From Epiperipatus broadwayi (lineage: Eukaryota; Animalia; Onychophora): a DNA stretch of 64,000 bases. This document shows positions 24,176 through 36,431 of this stretch, piece by piece. The stretch is taken from NCBI GenBank assembly GCA_028023455.1, contig JAQFVV010000011.1:5456001-5520000 (forward strand), given 5' to 3'. Within the stretch, counting starts at the first letter, position 1. Each line of letters starts with the position of its first letter. Position numbers and translations under genes: made by a program. The notes beneath the pieces are model-generated. The model made no database searches, had not been told where the DNA came from, and was given only the letters and a program-made list of their open reading frames with translations.

Positions 24176-27100
24176 CATCTTAACTCATAAAAATCTTAGT
24201 TATTATTGAATTATTTAAATGCCTATTTAATTTAAAATTATATCCTGTATTAGTTGTATTGTTTTTTTTTTTAAAAATAAAATTACATCATCACTCTCTT
24301 TCGATAATTTTAATTTTATCGATTTACATATTTAGCATGGATGTGATGTCACAGTGTAATATTTACATAAATACAAAATTAACACACAAACACAATTCTT
24401 TTTTGCGTATATTTTTTAATGTGATACAAAGCAAAGCTTTTCATTCACAAGTGCTTTTACATTTTCTAATATAATGATTTTATTCATTAAAAACATTAAT
24501 TAGATATCATTTGACTTTTTATATATCTTTTCATTAACAATGGAAATAACATTAGACAAAAATCAAACTCAACACTATAAAAAAATATATTGTTTTTTTT
24601 TTTTTTTTTAAAAAAGTATATAATGAAATACAATTATTTTTTACTAGAAATAAAAGTCACATAGTAAATAAAAATAATTTTATTTAATGTGATTTTTTTT
24701 TATAATCAAGATTATTTTAAATAATGTAATTTATGAATATTGCATCAGTAATGGTATTTATGCATATACTAATGATGAAAAAAAAACCCCATTATTTTAA
24801 ATGATCCAACATATTTTTAAAAAATGAAAAAATAAAGTAAATCTTTTGATATATATTTAAACTTATAAATATGACTAACATGGTTAACGTCTTATTGCCA
24901 TTTTTGAGCCGAAAACTTTATAGAACATAAATCTTATTTGCAATTAATCACTTTAAATACCACATGACGATATAACAAAAGCAACTTTTCTGACAAAAAA
25001 AATCAAACTACTATTTCGTCATTAACATACTCTCAACCCCCCCCCCCACCCTCCACTCATTTTTTTGAAAACATTCCAGTATATTTTAATACTAGAAATC
25101 TGTAGACAAAACTAATTTTAGCAACTGCCTGCATACAAGCGAAAGATAAATTTCCATATTGTATTTATTACAAATGTTAGCTAAAAATAAATGAAATAAT
25201 AAAATAATTCTTAATATTTTAATTGTCTAACAACAACAGCAACACATATCTGTAATCACTATCATAAAACATGGTAATATAGTTTCTGCATAATTTTTTA
25301 ATAATTTAGCAAATATTTGAAGATAAAATACCAGTTAAAACAGTGTATTAAAAATAGATTTATTTAAATTCTCCATACTGATATTTTTTTATAACATTAA
25401 ATAACTTTCGTTATTTATTAATTTTATATAGAAATTTTGAATTTTATTTATAATAAAAATAATAATCTTATGTCTATTTGCAACTAAGGGAACCATTTAA
25501 TGATGACAAAATACTCAATATTACCAAGATCAAATTTCCTTTAATACTAATATTAAATACAAGTATATGTATGATATTATTATAAAATTTTGAACAAACT
25601 GAATCTCTTAGTGTCCTAACCAATATAAATTAATACATAAATTACCACCAGTTATTCAGAAATGAATATGGCTATTCTTTAAGAAAATACAAAAATAAAG
25701 TCAAAATAATATACTAGATATGACTTTTGTTATGATTATATAAATCAATCTGTCAACCATATTAGAACATGCTGTTCCATTATATTGTTTATTTGACATT
25801 TTACAGATTCTATAACATACTTTTTTTGAAGAATTTCAATGCTAGGCATAATTGTAGTTATTCATAGTATTTTTTTCTAATGAAAACAATCTGTATTGCA
25901 CTTCTTTAGAATGTGAGATAATTTTTATAAAGTAAAGTGGGATTTCCTCTCTCTTAAAGCTCAACTTCTTAAAATACTTGTTAGAAAGATTTGTTCATTC
26001 ATTTCACCTATCTAATCCAGTGAAGACATGATTTTACGTGATACTTTCTATAGTTATCACATCTTGCAAGTTGAAAAACATATTGATTGGTCTTATGATT
26101 TTGTCATTGTATTTTTAGAATTTTACTGGTCACCCTTAAATGAATTTTTAAAATGCCATTATGTCATGTCAGTAGAGGTTCCAAGACTCACTTTTATGCA
26201 ATGAAGTAGTTAAAATAACTTTATTTATAGTTGTTTGCAGTAGTTATATCATATATGATGAAACATGCTATTTTTTAAGTTGTTAAAAGTAGTAGCAACA
26301 CATTGAATTTTGTGCTACATCTCAAATCCACACTAAGTGTATATTATATATAACCAAATAAAATATAATAATAATTGTTAATGTTGATAATGATGAATCA
26401 CCATTATTATCTAAGAAATAGAAAGTCTTATAGCAGTAACTTTAATAAAGAATGTTATTGCAATTGTCTATGGTATAGATAGTTTGTGTTTGAGAAATTT
26501 TATAATTGCAATCTGATGAACAATTGCCTAATTATAACATGACTTCGGATCAGAACAAAACTTTAATAATAATATAAATCATTAAAGGACTTCTTGTGAC
26601 ACTTCTCAGAAGTTCTTATCTATTGATGTTTAATAGTCCAGTTATGATTAAGCATATAAAATAATCTTATTATGATATAATAGTGTGATCACATCTGACA
26701 CACATTAATTCTATTTAAATAACTAATAGATAAAATTTTGTTTTTACCCGTGAAGCACTAAATATAAGTCAAAAATTTTATTCTATTTCTGTAATATTTA
26801 TGCATAGATAATGTTCCTTTATAATGATGTATTAGTTGCTCATTGTAGTCCTTTGAGATATTTATAGTTCAGCGTTTGATTTGCCCATATAGTCTGTAGC
26901 CCATGTTTGTAGTTAGATTAATTATGAAGTAAAAGATTTTCAGAGGCAACTTGTTTTTATGAACAGAATATATTTAACACAGTGTATCTTTTATAATATT
27001 TAAGTCATGAAGATTTTGTTCAGAAATAATTCTTTGGTTTTAGCTAATGCTTAGCAGAGTGGGTCTTGAATTTACTATGCAACAAAAATGTAGAAAACAG

Positions 27101-27635
27101 GACAATGGCAATATTTTCTGAGATTCTCACAGCAAATAGTCTTAAATGATCAATATAGCAGCAGAAATCAAAGATATAGTGTTGTCATCTGACTGTGAAG
27201 TGTATTGTTTCTAGTATTGTCTAGTGAATAATAATGGCTTCTGTTTACAAATTTTCAAAGAGGAAATGCTGGGCCAGCAACATTGAGAACTTTCTTTTGG
27301 TTTGGACTTTTCAAACTACATTCTTTTGATATTTCACAATTCTTTTTGTACTATATTCCATAAAAAATAGGATCATACTGAAGTGGTAAATCTGTAGTAC
27401 ATATTTAACTTCACTGCCTGATATCACTACAGACGTTAAAAATAGGGTTTGAACCAGTTTATATGTTTATTTGGTCATCCAGGAATGTTAAGCACACACA
27501 TATACACATATAACTTCCACCCTGTTTATTCCAGATGGTTATGTTTAACCAGTTGGGTTATTATTTTAACTTAATTATATTTTATTTCTAAGTTTGTAAA
27601 TTCCCTTCACTTAGATATTTGTGTATGTGCGTATA

Positions 27636-30134
27636 TGTATTACAGATACAAAGTTAATATGATTAGTGTGAGCTAAAGCAATGTCAAAAAGTTCTAGAAA
27701 GTATTATTGCAATTTAGAAATGTTAAAGTGTTATTCTTATTTAATGATTTCCAATTTTAATAAAATACGTTTAAATAATGCTTTCTGGAACGTATTTGTT
27801 TACATCTTCCAATATTGCCAAATTTCAAGTATAGGAGGAGCAAAAGTTCTAGGAATGTGCAAAATGAGTTCAAATGACTCTATTCTTTTGTGTTCGATTA
27901 GAGAGTGAAAACAGAATGACTTGTGAGTAGTGGAAAGATTTGCCTTCCCTGATCTTAGATCGCCTTTGTCCTGCTTTTTCCTGCCATGCCATCGCTACTT
28001 GAGAACTGTTATGTTTAACTGTGAAAGAACTATTGGAAGATGCTTACCATTATTTTGTTAATATTGTGCCTTGCTAAACTTCGTATACATTATTATAAGT
28101 GGCCACCATAACTTCTAAAGGTAATCCATTTTGCTGAAGAATGAACTCTTAATATTCCTCACTTCTTTCCTAAATTCTAATTATATTCATAATGTATTCT
28201 TTTATTTATACGATAACTGACTATAAGCTCAGTTATCATCATTGTTAAATTTATGATTTTCTCTCTAAAGCTTTAAAAAAATCTCGTTCTATAAAACGCT
28301 AGCACAGAGTTATGTATTTTAAATCTATCTTAGTTTTTAAAGTTTCACGCTTTAGTTATTTTATTTTCATGCGGCAAAACTTATTTTAAACTATGTATTT
28401 TATTGAATTAATTTTAGTATGCTAATGTTTCAATCTAGCGAACTTATATTATTTCAACCATTATTCCGATATTTGGAGTATTTAAATAGTTAAATGTAAA
28501 ATTTTCTTATTGATCGGAGTTCGCTCGATTTAATATTTTGAAAATATATGCTTAATGGCGGATTGTTTAAAAAGTCATATGGGATAAGATAAACTTTTTG
28601 TTGTTTACGCTATCAATTTAAATGCATTTTATGTTCTTTAAATAAATCTGATTATTAATTTATTTTAATAACTATTTATTACTTATACGCCATTAAGCGT
28701 TAACTTGCATATAATATACTATCGTTTAAGAATATTTGGGGCTTGTTAAATAGGAAATAATATTTCCCTCTTCTATATTTGACATCCTAATTTGTTAAGA
28801 TTTTACGTACGTTGCTGAGTGGATTAATATTTTGTCATGGCGTTATGCATGATATTATTATTTTATTTAAGCTTAAATTAGTACATTAAAAATGTTTAAG
28901 ACTTAAGCTACATTCGCATTGCTTACTTATGATAGCATTCTCAAGATTTTGTATTTTGCTTTGTCATATTTATTCAACCGGAAGTCCAGGATTTTATTCA
29001 TGAAACTTGTCTGAGAATGAGATTTGGTAGCTCCGATATCAGGACAAACATTAATTTGTTAAGGCTCTTCATTGGATAACATCGGCAAACGTACTATGGA
29101 ACCTTACTACTCATCTCTTTGAATACCGCCTTGTTATAAATACAAGCGATCTCTTATATGATAAAGCTTTTAGTCCAAAGATGGACATAAACTCCACTTA
29201 TAACGCTATCATTATAGTCAGCACTGTGAGTTTCTTTTATGTATAGTTCTCATATTATCTATAAGATGTGGCGCAGTGATGTTTGTAAACCACTCATTTA
29301 ATAATTAGTCGAATATTTTAGGATTGTTACAGTAAAGCTTATTTAGGCTAACCCATTCCTCATTTGTACAGGCCCAGAGATGCTCATGAACGATAAATTA
29401 TTTAACTGTCATATCAAGAGTAAACCTTTCTTGGAGATGAATTTATAAACGTCCTTTATCATTACTTAAAGTAATGATCATAGCATTGATAACATTAATT
29501 TATTATTATTTATAGCTCATTAGCATACTAAATCAGTTGCCTATATGCAAGTAATAACCTCATTAAATCTGTGCTATGTTTTCTAATGTAAATTAAAATT
29601 GTTTATGTTCATTAAACTATTGTGTGTTAGTAATTACTCATGCATTGTGTCTCACTGAATCTCACTCACTGAATTCCATTTAATCTTTATAATAGTGTTA
29701 GTAATATTTAGAAGTTATAACTGATTATTTTAAATGGACATTTATCCCTGGGTTGTTCTGTTCTTGCTCATTCTGGATGGATACTATATTAAAATTCATA
29801 TTTCTTTCACAATGCTAGCTGTGTACAATTCATTTAAATTTATAGATTTTTCCTTCACATAAGATATTTGATTGAGCCAAGATTTGATATTTTATTTATA
29901 CTAATTACCCTGTAGATCTCATGTCTCTCTGCTGTGTCTCCGGGACCGGAATGAATAAAATTTCATCTGTTATCCTCAGAAGTGTTGTTCATAATGTTAT
30001 AGTTTTAGAGAAGAGCAAATAGGGCAGAATCCATGATTGCTCCTGACCTGTGTATCTCGGGCATGAGTGGATTTAGAGTACTTTTACTTAGATTCTAAAC
30101 CTTGTTAAATGAACATACAATTCTGACCGGTACA
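27636..30134 (-). mobile_element. Family-X copy a: ~2.5-kb non-coding TG..CA-bounded element (possible long solo LTR)
   Basis: Minus strand starts TGTACCGGTCAGAATTGTATGTT, colinear with 49628 onward; CpG-richer than the flanks. The 3' end (..TATCTGTAATACA) is tentative. Confidence 0.55.
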
Positions 30135-32444
30135 ATACATGTCATTATAATTGACATTTTGCTAATTTAATTCTTTTAATAATGACAGGCCAGTCTATGC
30201 AGATTATCAACTACATATAAATGAAATTTCTGTATTGTTCCAAATAAATGTTATATTTTTTCTGAAATGCAAGTGACATATTTAACCTCATAAGAAAAAG
30301 AGCATCAAGGAAAATAATGTGTAATAAAATTATCCAGAAACAATTTTTTAATTTTAATAAAAAGAAACATCTGTTAAAAAAGAATTTGTAGTAAACGTTT
30401 ATTTCACCATATCAGACTGATAGTGTCAAAGTTGTTAGGTAGAATGACATTATAAAATAATAATAATTGAAATAGTGAGAGATTTACTGTCCAAAAATAA
30501 AGACCATACAAAGGAAAGCTTTGATGTTGAAAGAAATACAACAATAATTGAGAAAGAATAAATCAAGACAGCTAAGTTTTTATATCTATTGTGCTTAAAT
30601 GATCATGCATTTAGTTAATCCAGCCACTCTATATATGCTATAATTTATAATTATTAAGGAGTAATTTTATTTCAAAAAGAAAAAAAAAAGAAAGTATTTG
30701 ATTCTAGTAAAATTAAAAAAAGAAAGAAAGAGAGATGTGGATTAACAAGATTAGTTTATTTGCATCAAAGAAAGATTGTAATCTGGATGTCTATATAAAG
30801 TTTTTGCAGAACTTTTTGGTCTTGGAAATTGAGAGAATAGATATTTTGAACCATAGGGTGTAAAAAAAAAAATCAATATAAAGAATATATATTCTTACCC
30901 CTTCATAATGATTCTATATGAGGATTCACTATAGTGATCATTTATCAATTTGTACACTCTATTTCGATAGTTAAGTGACTATTCATTATAGGGCCTTTAA
31001 AAAATTTTGTTTTGTCATGAAAACAGTATGTATTCTGCTGAGAAAAAAAAGTTTTAAGTTTTATTATTATATATAAATATTTGAAAGAAATTGCTCACAT
31101 ACTAAAAAAAAAGCATTAAAAATACTTTGAAAAATTTAAATATTAATTGAAATATGATTTATTTATCAAAATTTGTATTTAATATTCTTACATTAATAGA
31201 ATTGTTGATTTTTCCAAATACTTTTCATCATAAACGATCTTATTAAAAAAAATATTGGACTGCTTCTTAATAATCAACAAAATGGCATCCATATTAAATA
31301 AAATCAACCAAAAAAAAAAATGTTTTATTTGTTATTTAAAAACACATGGGTCACATAATACATAAAATGCACTAAAATAAAATAGCTAATGTACATTATA
31401 CTCACTTAAATTTAATTTTATTTTTAAAGTAGGTTTTATTTTAATTTAATGAATCATAATTCAACAGGATAATAATGTTGATGTGATTTTATAATTCTAA
31501 CACACATAATAAATTGTTCAAATTACTGCTTAAAAGATCCAATAATTATTATTTTTTAATAAACATTTTATACATTTATATTGCACCCACATTAGTGTCC
31601 CCTCCCTCCCTTTAATAATTTTCATAGTAAATTGTTTATTCGTTAATTATTACCTTTTTTTTTTTAAAAAAAAATTTTATTGGACATTTGAAGTTTATCC
31701 CATGTTTTGAATCTTTGGCAATAAGTTAATTTTTTTATTATAGAAAACCATTATAATTGCTTTTTTTATATGACGATTTTGATTTACGATTATTTTATCA
31801 TATCATTAATCAAATTGTATATCCAGTTAGTATTTTAAATAATTTATAAAGTCAGTTTATTTCACATTTATATAAAGTAGAAAAATTTCAAGAATTTTAT
31901 AACGTTGTTAATTATTTTACCTAGTAGATAAAACTTCTAATCCCTTTTGAGAAGAAATCATTTTACATCATATCATAACCCTATATACATTTAATAAACA
32001 TACTTTAAAAGCAGATAGATATTTCAGTGCTAAGCATTTTACAAGTTTTTTTAATATACACTATAGTCCTCATATAGAAAATCCACTGCAATTTTTTTTT
32101 TGGATTAAAGATTTTGAAGGAAAATCAGCATTTTTTTTTTATTATGGAACAAAGATTCATTATTTTACCATTTTTTATATATATATTATTAATTTTAATA
32201 CATTTATTGTTTTGATTTCATTCTCATCCCCCCTAATATTATTTTTATTGTAAATATTTTTAAGTAGTTTTTTCAATTATTTTTTTTTGATGCTTCAAAC
32301 TTCATGTAAATAAACATGATAAATGACCATCATTTTTTACTGTGACATTAACATATATTTTATGACTTTATAGATATAATAAACACTTCCATACTTCCAC
32401 ATTCTTTTTAAATTCGTATGAATAAAGATACAATAAAAGAAAAA

Positions 32445-32499
32445 TGACCCCCAAGATGCATTTCATGCTGAACCAGCATTCATTAGTTGGTCCAGGTCA
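32445..32499 (-). ncRNA. Family-A hammerhead copy with a G5A core substitution (predicted inactive)
   Basis: UGACCU-GGA-CCAA CUAAUGA AUGCUG-GUU-CAGCAU GAAA U-GC-AUC UUGG-GGGUCA. Confidence 0.7.
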
Positions 32500-32995
32500 C
32501 TATCTCTCATATATATCTCTATCATATGAAGAGTATTTATCTAGAGTAAGATGTTAACATTTTCATTTACCATCGTCGAACACCCTCCACTCACAACTTT
32601 GACACCATCCATTTCAGATAAATGCATTTTGGGGGTCATTTGCCTTTTATTGTATTTTTATTTATATGAATTTAAAAAGAATGTGGAAGTATGGAGGTGT
32701 TTATTATATCTATAAAGATATTACACATGGGAAAGAGAAAGGTGAATAACTCCGTGTGTGTGTACATTTAAAAAAATCAGATATATTAATCTTTAACTGA
32801 GGTTTAAAGTTTATATCTGTGCTAGATATGATAATTCTAGTTTCGAAAATGATTAGTAATAATCATTATTGTATTTATCCGAAATGAATGGCATCAAAGT
32901 TGTGAGTGGAGGGAGTTTGACAATGATAAATGAAAATGTAACAATTTACTCTATATAAATACTCTTCATATAATAGAGATATATATGAGAGATAG

Positions 32996-33050
32996 TGACC
33001 TGGGCCAACTGATGAGTGCTGGTTCAGCATGAAATGCATCTTGGGGGTCA
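32996..33050 (+). ncRNA. Type I hammerhead ribozyme, family A; complete core, predicted cleavage after C33040
   Basis: Stem I UGACCU/GGGUCA plus CCAA/UUGG with a 3-nt bulge; CUGAUGA at 33009-33015; stem II GUGCUG/CAGCAU; GAAA at 33031-33034; 2-bp palindromic stem III (AUGCAU); AUC cleavage triplet. Confidence 0.85.
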
Positions 33051-33369
33051 TTTGTCTTTTATTGTATCTTTATTTATATGAATTTAAAAAGAATGGGGAA
33101 GTATGGAGGTGTTTATTATATCTATAAAGATATTACACATGGGAAAGAGAAAGGTGAATAACTCCGTGTGTGTGTACATTTTAAAAAATCAGATATATTA
33201 ATCTTTAACTGAGGTTTAAAGTTTATATCTGTGCTAGAGATAATGTCTAGTTTTGAAAATGATTAGTAATAATCATTATTGTATTTATCTGAAATGGATG
33301 GCATCAAAGTTGTGAGTAGAGGGAGTTTGACAATGGTAAATGAAAATGTAACAATTTTATGACTTCTTT

Positions 33370-34245
33370 ATTCAGAGTACTGCACTTTATTTTTCTGATA
33401 TTTTCGGAAAAACTAAAAATACCTACTGGCAGGTATACAAATATATGAACCTCATGATTGCTGAACTACCCACAGAGCTCAAAATAACCACAAAACTGCT
33501 AATCAAAAAATCTAGACATTGGAATATAGAGGATAAGTATATAGATTTCATAATAAAGTTTAATCTAATGTCGTTCCCGATGAACCATTTTTGGTGAATA
33601 ACGGAGGGTATTCTAGGATTGAAGCAACATGTGGTCTGTGCAAAGCCAAGGATGAGACTATCAGGCATATTTTCTCTCAGTGTTCTTTTTTAAAAGTTGT
33701 GAGACAGAATATCACAGATAGAGTGTTGCCTGCTAATATAGTTATCTTATCAATTAATAATGCTATGACGGAGTGGCAAATTCATCTCAGTAAGAATGGC
33801 AATCTTCTTACTCTAAACTGTATGGTTAACAAGAAATCATTTTATATTTAAACAGGATGGTGCTCATCCATGGACAATATGCAAAAACATTTTTCATAGA
33901 ATAAAGAACAAGGATCATCTTCTGGCAACTTAGTGTCTCTATGGAGACACTTGGGAGCAACTTTTGCCACTTGATGAAGAGCCTCTTACTCAGAATAATC
34001 TAGTATAACAAATATTAGTTGACAACTAATGACAATCAAACATAAACAGCATGTATAGACTTTACTTGCAACCTGTAGATACGATGTACCTTCGAACCAC
34101 AAATATTCCCATTCGACAAGAAGTCTGTTACTCAGATTAGGACTAAACTAATTTAATTTATCTGTAAAAAATGATTTATCAAATGTAAGGTAAAAAGAAT
34201 CATACTGTATGGGTATATATATTTTCCTTAATAAAAGAAAAAACT
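33370..34245 (+). mobile_element. 3' fragment of an L1/Tx1-like LINE (CCHC zinc-knuckle region)
   Basis: ORF 33591-33851 contains CGLCKAKDETIRHIFSQC (zf-RVT-type CxxC..E..H..C); downstream PWTICKNIFHRIK; ends in AATAAA and an A-rich tract. Confidence 0.55.
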
Positions 34246-36431
34246 GTTGCAACAAAATGGCCTTTCCCCTCCTTTTCCATACAATTTTCTTTTACTTTAG
34301 ATGAGAGAATAGTTAGTTCTGTGGTGAGATTTCTATCATGCAATGGAGTAATTAAATACGTTTACTCACATGGTATATATAATTTTTATCCACAATAATT
34401 TTCAATGCGTTTTAGTATGTATTTACTTTGAATCAACAAATATAAATCATATTATAACTAATTTATTCACATTATGTTTCATTCAAAGCTTTCCTTACAA
34501 CATTAATATATTAATCAGCTTATTAATATCATTGTCCCACATCATATATTTATTCAGAATATATTTTTAAACTGCTGAAAATTTTTAAATAAAAAATAAA
34601 TATATCAAATATTAAATATCACAAATATTTTGTTTGGTGAGTGGGTTAGAAAAAAAAAATCAGCTCGTAGTACAATATCTGTAAACAGATGGTAATGTTA
34701 TGCTTGGAATGCATGAAACAATTTATTGTTAATATATGTGTGATTAAATACCATATGCAACTTTAATGTTTTGTTTATGCTGCTTACTGCAAAGTTTAAA
34801 TTTTTCGTTTTAAAATAAAAATATATTGTACGTAAACACTGTTCCCCCTCTCCGATTAAAATTTATCTAATATTAAAATCAGTATATATACTCGTATTCA
34901 TTTACGACCAAAAAAAAAAAAAAGGCTACACATGAAAAAAAAAGTTATTACTGTATTAGATAATTTATATTCGAATAATTAAGTCACATTGTAAATCTTC
35001 TATTAAAAGTTTTTTTCCATTATTAAAAGGGGTTACTCTGGCTTTTAGTTTTCTCTAGTCATCCTGGAAATGTGATAAAAATAACATCTGTTGAGCATTA
35101 TCTCACTATAAAGAAGACTATGGCAATTATTTTGATTTTAGCATATTTTCTGAAGATTTATTATATACATTTTTTTTTAAAAACAACGTGTTTGATTATT
35201 AAAAAAAATAGTGAAATAATTACTAGAAGTGGCAGATTGAGTTTGGGTTTAGGAACTTAACTCTCGCGTTGCCGTTCTATTTTGCTGCACCAAATCGCAC
35301 AGTGGTATATCAAACGCAATAAATGAATTCTGAGATATATATCAACATCTCAGTATTTTCTTTAAAACTTAATGATGATGTAACCTTATTTCATCACTCA
35401 AAAATATTTGTATTTAAAAATATATTCTGTATTTAGTTTTAAAATATTTTTTTATATTTCTCTGCAGTTGTTTTAAAATTTCATTTATTAAACTTGGTTT
35501 TTTTTTCTGCCATAAATTTGTTTTAATTGATAAATATTTATTATTGTGATTCATAGTTAGAAGAAAGAAACATTTAAACAATCAAAACAAAACAATGAAA
35601 TGTCTGCAAACCTTCAACTTTATTGGCGTTAAAGCTTTATATTACAGACAAAACTTTGCTATAAGTTTTTATATTGAATAGAATTTTTATTTTGTTTAAA
35701 ACTTTTATTTAATTGTAATTTTATGATTTATTTTAATTATTATTAAGATATTTATATTTGGATATAATAATTTAACAAATTATGTATACATATATGTGAG
35801 CACACATGAACTCTTTCATAAATTATTTTAAAGTTGTTAGATGTTATACAGTTTTTGTCCTAATAGTATAGGACAAATTGTCAGAATTCCAGATAATTAA
35901 TCAGTTTAGAAATGGCTGTAACTTATCTTTCACTTTCTTTAAAATTTTTCTTGATTAATTTGTGCATAAAGTTGATTGATGATATTATTTTATTTATACT
36001 TTTTGAAAGATTATGTAGTATAGAGATGTTCTAAGCAACATGGAGAGAAATTATGAGATATTTATGAACACTTTGAACTGAAAAAATATATAGTAAATAT
36101 TGAAACAGTATGATTTGATCGTCATACGTTTCACCATTCTAGAAATCAATAGCCTTCATTTCCCTAGTTCAAACCCTAAAGGTACACATATATATAACTG
36201 TATACTTGGGAATTTAACATGTATAAAAACGTATATTTACACGTATATGTGTGTAATTGTATATGCACACACGTTTGCTATAATTGTATATATTTTGTAA
36301 TAATTTTATTTGCTAAAGAAATGGTATATTCATATCTGAATATTATCATTATATAACGTACACACCTTATAATTTTATAAATATTCATCTTATGATTTTA
36401 AATAATTGAATTGGTTTCAAGCTAGAAAAAT

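Larger units (their letters stand above)
32357..33365 (+). mobile_element. Family-A hammerhead repeat insertion: inverted partial monomer plus ~1.8 tandem 412-bp monomers, 12-bp TSD
   Basis: GGGGGTCA at 32631 and 33043 gives a period of 412. 32366-32623 is an inverted copy. ATTTTATGACTT at 32357-32368 and 33354-33365. Confidence 0.9.

Noticed and set aside
28950-29200. Peptide RMRFGSSDIRTN resembling a LINE C-terminus
   Set aside because: Lies antisense within family-X copy a; no CCHC motif follows and the frame is not conserved in other copies.
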